DNA from: a virus
Lineage: Duplodnaviria > Caudoviricetes
Length of the DNA stretch: 28,270 nucleotides
Direction: 5' to 3' (one strand)
IMG/VR virus record: IMGVR_UViG_3300017913_001575
Span: 1-28,270 of that record
In this document: in pieces, positions 7,141 to 14,984 of the stretch
Position numbering within the stretch: position 1 is the first letter of the stretch
How the letters are laid out: every line of letters starts with the position of its first letter
Notes under the pieces: model-generated
The model's database searches: none
Told to the model about the DNA's origin: nothing
The model's input: only the letters and a program-made list of their open reading frames with translations
Position numbers and translations under genes: made by a program

Positions 7141-7736
7141 GAATAACCCTGGCCGAGGCTATCAGTCCTTATGACAAGGACTTGTTCGATAAAGTCGAGC
7201 CTAGGATGCGACCAATTGTCAAGGAAGCATTAGATAGTGGTTTGCTTCCTATCAGCAGCTGCCAGGGACACGGAGACCTCAAAGACAACACTGCCTACAT
7301 CACTATTGCATTTCCTTGTGTGACCAGAGCAAGACAGTTTGCAAGTCTTTTTAACACTAACAGAGATATAGTGGAGATTAGTTCGCTAAGAGACTTGTGT
7401 AATGTCGAGACACGTTCTGATCTTACTGACTACATTGATGCAACATATGAAGAGGCTGTAGACTATTTTAACCAATTATTCCTTAGAAAATATAATGACT
7501 ATCAGTTTGTAAAGGTCAAATATTATCCTGCCAGGATATTCAATCAGTTCTTTATGAGCGGATGGTTTAATCGTATGGAGACTATCATGACACAACTAAG
7601 ATCAGAACGTATCCACCGTAGCGAAACAGCTAGAACACGTCGTCGTAAAACTAAAGATATTCTATATAAGAAGACAACAAATTTCTTTAGGAAAGAACGA
7701 TGGACAAGAAAAAGAAAGCAGAAATCCGTAAGTTGA
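7137..7736 (+). CDS. Hypothetical protein with SSCQGH motif and a basic tail (possible internal start at 7587)
   Basis: ATGA coupling. VEPRMRPIVKEALDSGLLPISSCQGH resembles the TYW3-like N-terminal pattern. Confidence 0.7.
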   Translation: MRITLAEAISPYDKDLFDKVEPRMRPIVKEALDSGLLPISSCQGHGDLKDNTAYITIAFPCVTRARQFASLFNTNRDIVEISSLRDLCNVETRSDLTDYIDATYEEAVDYFNQLFLRKYNDYQFVKVKYYPARIFNQFFMSGWFNRMETIMTQLRSERIHRSETARTRRRKTKDILYKKTTNFFRKERWTRKRKQKSVS

Positions 7737-7825
7737 GAAAGAAAGCTATCAAGCTTCAAAACAGTAGTTCACGTAAGCTGACTATATCAGAAGCAATTGT
7801 AATTGTGCAAAATTCAGTAGAGTAA
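7700..7825 (+). CDS. Hypothetical basic protein (41 aa, MDKKKKAEIRKLRKKAIKLQN...)
   Basis: Translated by hand. AGGAAAG upstream, TAATG coupling downstream. Confidence 0.55.
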   Translation: MDKKKKAEIRKLRKKAIKLQNSSSRKLTISEAIVIVQNSVE

Positions 7826-7956
7826 TGTATATTCGATTGATTAATAACGCCATGCTGGCGTACAATAATGCTCAGACTGACTGGGCTCAAGATTATTGGT
7901 TACGTGTGATCCAAGAGCTGATTAAGAATATGGAAGCGCGCAAGGAAATACATTGA
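7825..7956 (+). CDS. Hypothetical protein (43 aa, MYIRLINNAMLAYNNAQTDWAQDYW...)
   Basis: Translated by hand. Coupled on both sides (TAATG, TGATG). Confidence 0.6.
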   Translation: MYIRLINNAMLAYNNAQTDWAQDYWLRVIQELIKNMEARKEIH

Positions 7957-8363
7957 TGCAAGAGTGGAAAGTCCGACAAGATCTGTATCATAGATTGTCG
8001 GGTGGTGTTGGATCTCATTATGTTGACGATCTTTCTGATAAAGAAATCGTACTTACTAAAGATGTAGCAAAACAAGCACTACGTCACTTCAACGAATATG
8101 TGGATGAATGGATCTATCCATCAAAGAGCTATGTTGTAGCTTTTTGTTATGCATATTGGATCTCACAAGACTTTAATGAAGATATGAAAGATCTGTTGAA
8201 CGATCCAGAACTTTTGTTTGATTGTGATCCATACTTTGTCACATACGACAATGATCCAGAAACCTATGACTATCTTTTTGACAATGTACCATTGCCTATT
8301 GACTTTAAAGGTATGGTTGCGGATATTAGAGAATACTACGAAGACGAGATACTGTTTGATTGA
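7956..8363 (+). CDS. Hypothetical acidic protein
   Basis: TGATG coupling, AAGGA RBS. Confidence 0.75.
   Translation: MQEWKVRQDLYHRLSGGVGSHYVDDLSDKEIVLTKDVAKQALRHFNEYVDEWIYPSKSYVVAFCYAYWISQDFNEDMKDLLNDPELLFDCDPYFVTYDNDPETYDYLFDNVPLPIDFKGMVADIREYYEDEILFD
8299..8327 (+). promoter_or_regulatory. Candidate intragenic early promoter
   Basis: TTGACT-17-GATATT(AG), with the same hexamers as the promoter at 4994. Confidence 0.4.
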
Positions 8364-8563
8364 TGATTGAATATCGTACATGGGAAAAGATTATGGCACG
8401 TGCGCTGGACTACTACATTGGTAGGACAGATGATGATGAGCCTAAAGTGCCTGTATTGACAATGCAGCAAGCACGCCGTGGACTTTATATACGTATGGTC
8501 CTACAATTAGTGAATTGGATAACCTGCTTTTTTATTTGCGCAGGTGTGATTAGACATTGGTAG
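8363..8563 (+). CDS. Small protein with C-terminal membrane helix
   Basis: TGATG coupling and a hydrophobic C-terminus. Confidence 0.65.
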   Translation: MIEYRTWEKIMARALDYYIGRTDDDEPKVPVLTMQQARRGLYIRMVLQLVNWITCFFICAGVIRHW

Positions 8564-8571
8564 GAGGAACC

Positions 8572-9312
8572 ATGCGAGAGTATAGAGCGATTACAACAAT
8601 GAACCGTGCCGGCTATGAGAAGTATGGTAAACGGATGATTGATACGTGGCACAAGCATTGGCCACACTATATGCAACTGGATGTGTATGCTGAGGACTTT
8701 GACCTTGATGTAGAGTATCCGAATGTTCGTAAGATTGATCTACATGAAGCGTCTCCTTCTCTGGTGATGTTCAAGGAGCGTCATGGTCAGCGTCCTGATC
8801 AACAGAACCCTAAAGAACTAGCTATGGGTGCTGTTCGCTTTGCTCACAAGTCATATGCTGTAATTCATGCATGCCTCGCTGAGACGGACAAAGTTGTAAT
8901 CTGGATTGATGCTGACACAGTAACTCATTCTGTCGTTACATCAGACTGGTTGGATAGTCTGCTTCCAGAAGATTGTTATACTTCTTTCCTTGGTCGTCAG
9001 AACAACTATACCGAGTGTGGCTTTGTGATGTATGATACAAACCATGATCAGAATGATCACTTTATGCTGATGTGGAAAGCTCTGTATGATTCAGACAAGT
9101 TGTTTGAGTTACCACAGTGGCACGATTGTATGGCATATGATGTTGTCCGTTCAACATTGGAGAACAAACAACTGATTAAGACACACAATCTATCTCCAGA
9201 TGGTCGCGACTATGACCATGTGTTTGTAACATCAGAGCTTGGTACTCGTATGGATCATTTGAAAGGTCCTCGTAAGGATATTGGTAAGAGCCCGGAGTTG
9301 GTAAATGTCTAG
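8572..9312 (+). CDS. Nucleotide-diphospho-sugar transferase (GT-A fold)
   Basis: AVRFAHKSYA, VIWIDADT (DxD), ECGF, WHD, DHLKG. RBS AGGAGG before ATG 8572. Confidence 0.8.
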   Translation: MREYRAITTMNRAGYEKYGKRMIDTWHKHWPHYMQLDVYAEDFDLDVEYPNVRKIDLHEASPSLVMFKERHGQRPDQQNPKELAMGAVRFAHKSYAVIHACLAETDKVVIWIDADTVTHSVVTSDWLDSLLPEDCYTSFLGRQNNYTECGFVMYDTNHDQNDHFMLMWKALYDSDKLFELPQWHDCMAYDVVRSTLENKQLIKTHNLSPDGRDYDHVFVTSELGTRMDHLKGPRKDIGKSPELVNV

Positions 9313-9502
9313 TTTAACTTTTCATGGAAGAACACGAGAACAAGCTGAATGGGTTCTAATGACCTATGTTGGTCGTGAAGACTATGAGAACAATGGTTCA
9401 GTACAACAATGGATCAAAGATTCATTTGACTTTTTAAAGGCTCTCGAAGAAGATCGTAAATGGGATGAAGCAGTGGAGAGTAAGTTTGGCGCGGATCAGT
9501 AA
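9305..9502 (+). CDS. Hypothetical protein
   Basis: GGAG RBS, overlaps the upstream stop. Confidence 0.65.
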   Translation: MSSLTFHGRTREQAEWVLMTYVGREDYENNGSVQQWIKDSFDFLKALEEDRKWDEAVESKFGADQ

Positions 9503-9716
9503 ATTTATGGGTGTTGAGTATGACATTGACCAGGGGTTTCGTAACGAGACACATCCTGCGTTGATTCATGCTCCTACACGTATCAAGCAATTGGAAACAC
9601 GAGCAGCTGACCTTGAGTGGGAAGGCAAGTGTGCTCTATCACTTCGTCGTGAGATCAAAACACTCAGAGAGTATATGGATAAGCATGAAAACTCTGAGTA
9701 TTATCCTACTTTTTGA
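9486..9716 (+). CDS. Hypothetical protein
   Basis: TTG start at 9486 after GGAG. ATG 9507 is an alternative start. Confidence 0.6.
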   Translation: MARISKFMGVEYDIDQGFRNETHPALIHAPTRIKQLETRAADLEWEGKCALSLRREIKTLREYMDKHENSEYYPTF

Positions 9717-9780
9717 TGCTATTGTAATTTACTTCAGTATCAAAGCTATTCTACATATTATCTATAGTGGAGCACACTAA
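9685..9780 (+). CDS. Hypothetical single-helix membrane peptide (31 aa)
   Basis: MKTLSIILLFDAIVIYFSIKAILHIIYSGAH, with TAATG coupling to the next ORF. Confidence 0.45.
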   Translation: MKTLSIILLFDAIVIYFSIKAILHIIYSGAH

Positions 9781-9917
9781 TGCGTGAATCATACGATCGG
9801 TATATGTACCGCAAATACCAAGAGTATCGCGAGGAAGTCAGGCAGCGTAAAAAAGAATTAAAGAAACAGCGCAATGAAAAAGTTGTTGACATTTTAACTA
9901 AAAGGACCGATAATTAA
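9780..9917 (+). CDS. Hypothetical charged protein (45 aa, MRESYDRYMYRKYQEY...)
   Basis: Translated by hand. GGAG RBS. Its 3' end contains the next promoter. Confidence 0.55.
   Translation: MRESYDRYMYRKYQEYREEVRQRKKELKKQRNEKVVDILTKRTDN
9885..9914 (+). promoter_or_regulatory. Early promoter
   Basis: A-tract, then TTGACA 9886-9891, 17 bp, GATAAT 9909-9914. Confidence 0.8.
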
Positions 9918-9946
9918 TTATAGTCAGAAAGACAGGAGATTTGATT

Positions 9947-10588
9947 ATGATTGATTATGGTACTGTTTATCAGCGAGTTGATTCGTTCTTGCAGACTCGT
10001 GAAGGGCTTGCTAATCCGAAGAAGGCTCAAGATTATGTTTGGTTTGTTCGCGAACTGACAGGTATCTTTTGTGGTGCTGCATTCGAGCATAATATGAATA
10101 CCGATGATGTTGTTGGATATTTTGATATGGTCGAGGGTCATGAGATTTCAGGTGTCGATACGTCTGGACGTCTTGTAGATGTTGCCGATCTGATTGATAC
10201 TGATATCCTGGCTCATCCTTTGTATGAGATTACAGAGTTTACTCTGATGAACTACAAGCCTGGTAACGTACAAGTTGGTCCTGGTGAGTTCTTCTTTTGT
10301 TTCTATGATGCTGGTTCAACATTTGGTATTGATAACCAAGCTGGTTTCGATATCATTACTGATAGCACTACAACTGAGTTGAAGAAGCTCGGTTCTAACT
10401 TTACTGACGAAGCATTGTTCGATGGCTATGCTGAGAGTGAAGATGTTGACCGTTTGATGGTTATTCATCCTGTATCTAATGCTAAGAAGCCTCTGCAGCG
10501 TAGTAAGTATGCATGTACTCCTACTACTGAATGGAGAAAAGCATTCTATCATCGTGGTAAGGCCGGCACGCTGGCTCTCGTAGGCTAA
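9947..10588 (+). CDS. Hypothetical early protein, possible PD-(D/E)XK nuclease fold
   Basis: RBS AGGAG. VGPGE...FDI....TELK spacing fits the fold. Confidence 0.7.
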   Translation: MIDYGTVYQRVDSFLQTREGLANPKKAQDYVWFVRELTGIFCGAAFEHNMNTDDVVGYFDMVEGHEISGVDTSGRLVDVADLIDTDILAHPLYEITEFTLMNYKPGNVQVGPGEFFFCFYDAGSTFGIDNQAGFDIITDSTTTELKKLGSNFTDEALFDGYAESEDVDRLMVIHPVSNAKKPLQRSKYACTPTTEWRKAFYHRGKAGTLALVG

Positions 10589-10590
10589 AT

Positions 10591-10932
10591 ATGAGTATGG
10601 AAATTAGAGCCGCAGCTAATTCAGAATTGGTAGGAGCTAAACTACAGGGTCGGATCCATTATAGTTTCGATGACCTTGTAGACCTACTCGGTGTACCAAC
10701 TCACTTCTTTATCCAAGATCCGTCAGAAACACTTATGAAAGTTCGTTGTGAATGGGACGTAGTGGTTGGTGGTGAGCCTATGTCAATTTACGATTGGTGT
10801 GAGTATGAAACACCAGTTGAGCAAGTTGAGAAGTGGCACATAAATGGTCATAGCGTCAAGTGTGTGCAAAATTTAATGACATTTATTACAGATTATTTTG
10901 AAAATAACGTTGACTTAAATACGTTGTTATGA
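10591..10932 (+). CDS. Conserved hypothetical phage protein
   Basis: LQG.I..S...LV..LG.P...EW...IYDW...WHI.G pattern. Confidence 0.7.
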   Translation: MSMEIRAAANSELVGAKLQGRIHYSFDDLVDLLGVPTHFFIQDPSETLMKVRCEWDVVVGGEPMSIYDWCEYETPVEQVEKWHINGHSVKCVQNLMTFITDYFENNVDLNTLL

Positions 10933-10941
10933 GATTATAAT
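10909..10941 (+). promoter_or_regulatory. Early promoter
   Basis: AAAATAAC, TTGACT 10910-10915, 17 bp, TGn + GATTAT 10933-10938 followed by AAT. Confidence 0.8.
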
Positions 10942-10972
10942 TAAGTAAGCTAATTTATTATGGAGAATTGAG

Positions 10973-11917
10973 ATGGCTCACAATGTAGAAACAATGGCAT
11001 ACGCAGGTGAAGTTCCGTGGCACGGACTTGGTGTTGAGGTCCTGAATGACCTTACTCCTGCACAAATGATGGACAAAGCTGGTTTGAACTGGAAGGTTGA
11101 GAAGCAGCCTATGTTCTTCCGTCACGCTGGTGATTTGCAAGCTGTTCCTGGAAAGGAAGTATTGGTTCGTGATTCTGATGGCAAAGTCCTGGACGTTGTC
11201 GGTAAGGGCTGGAACCCTGTACAGAACGAAGAAGCATTTAACTTCTTCAACGACTTTGTTATGAATGGTGATATGGAGATGCACACAGCTGGTTCGCTTC
11301 AAGAAGGCAAGCTGACTTGGGCTCTTGCTAAAGTCAAAGATGGCTTCAAAGTGTTTGGTGATGATGAAGTAGAGAGCTATCTGATGTTCTCTAACCCTCA
11401 CAAGTTTGGTGCTTCGATCACTGTATCCTTCACGCCGATTCGTGTTGTATGTAACAACACTCTGAACATGGCTCTGCAAGGTGTTAGTGGTAAGGGCGTT
11501 CGTGTCTCTCACCGTACTGCATTCGATGCTGCTGCTGTTAAGGAGCTGCTGGGTGTTGCTAATCAACAGCTGCAGACTTACAAAGAGACAGCTGAGTTCT
11601 TGGGTTCGAAGCGCTTCACTGATGAAACTTTGACTAACTACATCAAGTCTGTGTTCCCTAACACTAATACTAAGGCGAAAGATCCGAACTCTATCTCTCG
11701 TACAGCTAAGACTGTTCTTGAGTTGGTTGAGACTCAGCCTGGTGCAGAGTATGCCGAAGGAACCTTCTGGCAGGCTTTCAATGCTGTGACGTTTGCTACT
11801 GACCATGTAGTTGGTCGTGAAGCTGACTCACGTCTTGCTTCAGCATGGTTCGGTGCTAACCAAACCAAGAAGCTGAAAGCTCTTGACAAAGCTATCGAGT
11901 TCGCTGAGGCTGCATAA
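10973..11917 (+). CDS. DUF932 (phage/plasmid-like protein TIGR03299)
   Basis: PWHGLG, AGLNWKV, PVQNEEAF, TAGSL, TPIRVVCNNTL, GTFWQAFNAVT. Confidence 0.92.
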   Translation: MAHNVETMAYAGEVPWHGLGVEVLNDLTPAQMMDKAGLNWKVEKQPMFFRHAGDLQAVPGKEVLVRDSDGKVLDVVGKGWNPVQNEEAFNFFNDFVMNGDMEMHTAGSLQEGKLTWALAKVKDGFKVFGDDEVESYLMFSNPHKFGASITVSFTPIRVVCNNTLNMALQGVSGKGVRVSHRTAFDAAAVKELLGVANQQLQTYKETAEFLGSKRFTDETLTNYIKSVFPNTNTKAKDPNSISRTAKTVLELVETQPGAEYAEGTFWQAFNAVTFATDHVVGREADSRLASAWFGANQTKKLKALDKAIEFAEAA

Positions 11918-12375
11918 TGAAACGTGCAGTCCTCATAGCGGCTCTTCTTGCTTCCTGCTCTGGTCCTGCTTATGCAGACCAGTGCAGTTACGAGAATGTA
12001 GTGGAGACAAAGTATCATGGCCGGATTGATAAAGTTACTGATTATTCCTATAATGTTCAAAGTTATGTGGACGATACACATAAGTGCATTGTCAAGTTTA
12101 CTGGGCATTCTGGGTTTAAGACCTATACGGCTCGTGGCACTTATGTTTTTGGTCATGATCTGTCTGTCAACGATGCATGTAATCAAGCTGAGTTGAGGGC
12201 TAAACAAGAAATGCTGAGAGCTCTGGCATCAGAGCATATCAGCGGTAAAGTTAATTTGAAATGTCTTTCTAATACTGTTAAGGTTAAAGAGGATTCATTT
12301 CTCAAGAAGACTGGTAAGGTCTCATTTCGTATATTCGAGTTGGCTATGTGTGGCCAACCTGATTGTCTTAAATAA
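11917..12375 (+). CDS. Putative exported or lipoprotein, Cys-rich
   Basis: Signal peptide MKRAVLIAALLASC (lipobox-like), with an alternative AYA cleavage site. Confidence 0.7.
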   Translation: MKRAVLIAALLASCSGPAYADQCSYENVVETKYHGRIDKVTDYSYNVQSYVDDTHKCIVKFTGHSGFKTYTARGTYVFGHDLSVNDACNQAELRAKQEMLRALASEHISGKVNLKCLSNTVKVKEDSFLKKTGKVSFRIFELAMCGQPDCLK

Positions 12376-12395
12376 GCATTATTGAGGAGTTTGTT

Positions 12396-12974
12396 ATGAA
12401 AAATTATTTGCTTATTGGTGTCGCTGCTATGTCTCTTGCAGCTTGTGGTGGCAAAGCTACGACAGATGTTGTAGTTAAAACTGAAGGCACAACACTTGTG
12501 TCTGAACTTAACATCCCGAATTGGTATGTTAACACACCTTCGAAAGAGGGTTCAATCATGTCTGCTGGTACAGCTGCAGCAGGTGATATCCAACTGGCTA
12601 AGGACATTGCTGTATTGAATGCTAAGCATGTTCTTGCTGATCGTATCAATGGTAAGCTGAAAGCTGAGACACGTTCATTTGTTAATCAAGTGAGTCTTTC
12701 AGGTGACAGTAATGCTGTGGTCCGAGATATCGAACGGGTTGCAATTAACACTGTTGACAATATCGATGTAGCTGGATATAATGTAACGAATACTGTCCTC
12801 CTACGTGATGGTGGTCAGTATCGTGCATATGTACTGCTTGATTATTCTGATGTAGAAGTTAACAAGATTTTGTTGAATCGTCTGCGTAAGAGTACAAAAG
12901 CAGTTGCAACTGAAGCATATAAACGTCTTGAAGAGAAAGTCGAGACAACTAATGGAGAAGAAGTAAATGAATAG
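12396..12974 (+). CDS. Lipoprotein (LPP20-like)
   Basis: Lipobox SLAAC, IPNWY, and A.DIA..NAK..LA.I, YRAYVL. Confidence 0.8.
   Translation: MKNYLLIGVAAMSLAACGGKATTDVVVKTEGTTLVSELNIPNWYVNTPSKEGSIMSAGTAAAGDIQLAKDIAVLNAKHVLADRINGKLKAETRSFVNQVSLSGDSNAVVRDIERVAINTVDNIDVAGYNVTNTVLLRDGGQYRAYVLLDYSDVEVNKILLNRLRKSTKAVATEAYKRLEEKVETTNGEEVNE
12753..12782 (+). promoter_or_regulatory. Perfect-consensus sigma70 promoter inside the lipoprotein gene
   Basis: TTGACA 12754-12759, 17 bp, TATAAT 12777-12782. Confidence 0.6.
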
Positions 12975-13494
12975 TGGAGTTTGTATTCCAGATGTCACGT
13001 TCCATACACGTGTACGTGACGAATCAGTGGGTGGTCCCAATCCATTCCGCTGGCAGGATGTAACATCTATGGAGCTGTGGGGTAAGGGTCGTCATATCGT
13101 ATTCTCACTGCCTGGAGCGTTTACACCTACTTGTTCTACATATCAAGTACCAGGGTTTGAAAAGTATGCAAGCCAAGGTTCATTTGAAGGTGTAGACAGT
13201 GTATCAGTAGTATCAGTTAATGATTCATTCGTAATGAATTGCTGGGCTAAAGATCAGAATCTTGAGCATGTAAAAGTTGTTCCAGATGGCTCAGGTACAT
13301 TCACTCGTCAGATGGGTATGCTTGTAGATAAAGACAACCTTGGTTTTGGTTATCGCTCATGGCGCTATGCTATGGTGATCCAGGATGGTGTTGTTGAGAA
13401 GTTCTTTGAGGAACCTGGTCGTGAAGATAATCACGAAGAAGATCCATACGGTGAAACGTCACCAGAAAGTGTGTTGGAATACTTGAATGCATAA
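12967..13494 (+). CDS. Peroxiredoxin (Prx5-like / redoxin)
   Basis: FSLPGAFTPTCS, SVNDSFVMN.W, PDGSG.FT..MGM, GFG.RSWRY. Confidence 0.95.
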   Translation: MNSGVCIPDVTFHTRVRDESVGGPNPFRWQDVTSMELWGKGRHIVFSLPGAFTPTCSTYQVPGFEKYASQGSFEGVDSVSVVSVNDSFVMNCWAKDQNLEHVKVVPDGSGTFTRQMGMLVDKDNLGFGYRSWRYAMVIQDGVVEKFFEEPGREDNHEEDPYGETSPESVLEYLNA

Positions 13495-14197
13495 ACATAG
13501 TCTATGGGACATTTCAGTTTTTACTTCAAAGATGCCTTATTACTTAGACATCTTTGAAGAACTGAAACAGGCTATCTATGATTATGATAAGACTGTACAA
13601 GAACCATTACATCCGCTGGCTCCTATAGATCCAGAAACTGGTATAGGTCCTTGGCCTCAACGACACAAAAAGAAACTTCGTGAAAGCGATGGTTGGTTAT
13701 TTGGTAATACAGACAACCAATACATAAAAGCTGTTGAGAATTTTTGTGGTCAGTCGTTGAGCGAGACGCTAGATAAATCCATTGGACATTTATATGGGCG
13801 CCCTGATACATATAATATCTATTTTGATAACAGTTGGTACCATATAACTAAGAATGGTGGATATCACGACATTCATAATCATGGAAATACTAGTTGGGCT
13901 GGTATCTTTTATGTTGATATTGGAGAGTCTACAATGTATAATGCTAATGGTGTCAACAGATTTTATAGACCCTTTGATCTAAACGCAATCGTAGGAATGG
14001 AACATTTGGTGACAGCCGCCAAAGATGTAACTCCTGAGAATGGAAAGCTAGTTATATTTCCTGGGTTTTTAAAACATTCTGGAATGCCATATTATGGTAC
14101 TAAAGACAGAATCGTCATTAGCTTTAATGCTAGTGTTGAGGTCCCAGATGACCATAAACTCGTTGGTCGGAGTAACCCCGAGGGTGAACAAGAATGA
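13487..14197 (+). CDS. 2OG-Fe(II) oxygenase (TIGR02466-like)
   Basis: SW....GGYHDIHNH...WAGIFYV, P.NGKLVIFPGFLKH, RIVISFN. Confidence 0.85.
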   Translation: MHKHSLWDISVFTSKMPYYLDIFEELKQAIYDYDKTVQEPLHPLAPIDPETGIGPWPQRHKKKLRESDGWLFGNTDNQYIKAVENFCGQSLSETLDKSIGHLYGRPDTYNIYFDNSWYHITKNGGYHDIHNHGNTSWAGIFYVDIGESTMYNANGVNRFYRPFDLNAIVGMEHLVTAAKDVTPENGKLVIFPGFLKHSGMPYYGTKDRIVISFNASVEVPDDHKLVGRSNPEGEQE

Positions 14198-14769
14198 AAG
14201 ACTTGATTAAAGTTTATGATGATGTTGTGCCACTACCGCTGGCTAATCAGACAGAAGCTGCTTTTCAGTCAGAATCATTTCCATGGTTCTGGAATGATGC
14301 TACTGTCAATATACGTCTTCAAGACTTTCCTCAACTTGTTCACCCTTTCCGTCTTGAGTCATTGATGGAATGGCATGAGCTGGATATGTTCAATCATGAT
14401 AGACAGCGCGCGTATAATTGTGCTAAAGGTATCATTGAACGTATTCAAGAGTCTAATGACTTGGAGTGGGGTACGATCCATAGAATTAAAGCCAACTTGA
14501 CTTGGCCGAATAGACAAAAGCTAGCAGTCACACATACAGATATGAATGCTTCTTTTTACTATTCAACGATATACTATATCAACGACGCAGACGGTGATAC
14601 AGTATTCTTCTCAGAAGGTAATGACCCTGAGAATGAAATTGCTAGAGTGAGTCCTAAGAAAGGTCGGTTTGTGACCTTCCCTTCTAACATTTCTCACGCT
14701 GGTGAATGTCCGACCAATACGCGTAGGCGTATGGTTCTTAACTATGTTTACACGGTGACAAATCTATGA
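14194..14769 (+). CDS. 2OG-Fe(II) oxygenase
   Basis: FPWF, RIKANL, HTD, IYYINDADGDTVFF, PKKGR..F....H...P, RMVLN. Confidence 0.85.
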   Translation: MKDLIKVYDDVVPLPLANQTEAAFQSESFPWFWNDATVNIRLQDFPQLVHPFRLESLMEWHELDMFNHDRQRAYNCAKGIIERIQESNDLEWGTIHRIKANLTWPNRQKLAVTHTDMNASFYYSTIYYINDADGDTVFFSEGNDPENEIARVSPKKGRFVTFPSNISHAGECPTNTRRRMVLNYVYTVTNL

Positions 14770-14942
14770 AAAAAGATGACTTTCATCTTCATGTGTTGAA
14801 GCAGACTCGTCCTGCAAACATCACAAATGAAGATCTGAAAAACTACCGTAAGCTGAATGAGATTCCGACTCACGATGAGTCTGGGACTCCAATCCAGCTT
14901 GCAGTGGTTGACGCCGGCAAGATTGTCTTGCTGGAAGAGTAA
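14766..14942 (+). CDS. Hypothetical protein (58 aa, MKKDDFHLHVLKQTRPANITNEDL...)
   Basis: Translated by hand. ATGA coupling. Ends just before the terminator. Confidence 0.6.
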   Translation: MKKDDFHLHVLKQTRPANITNEDLKNYRKLNEIPTHDESGTPIQLAVVDAGKIVLLEE

Positions 14943-14945
14943 TTG

Positions 14946-14969
14946 AAGGGGCGCTCTGCGCCCCTTTTT
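14946..14969 (+). terminator. Rho-independent terminator
   Basis: AAGGGGCGC-TCT-GCGCCCC-TTTTT. Confidence 0.85.
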
Positions 14970-14984
14970 ACCTATGGAGTTACT

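Noticed and set aside
10958-11806. 282-aa minus-strand ORF
   Set aside because: It is the antisense shadow of the codon-biased DUF932 gene, with no motif or RBS. All supported genes are on the plus strand.
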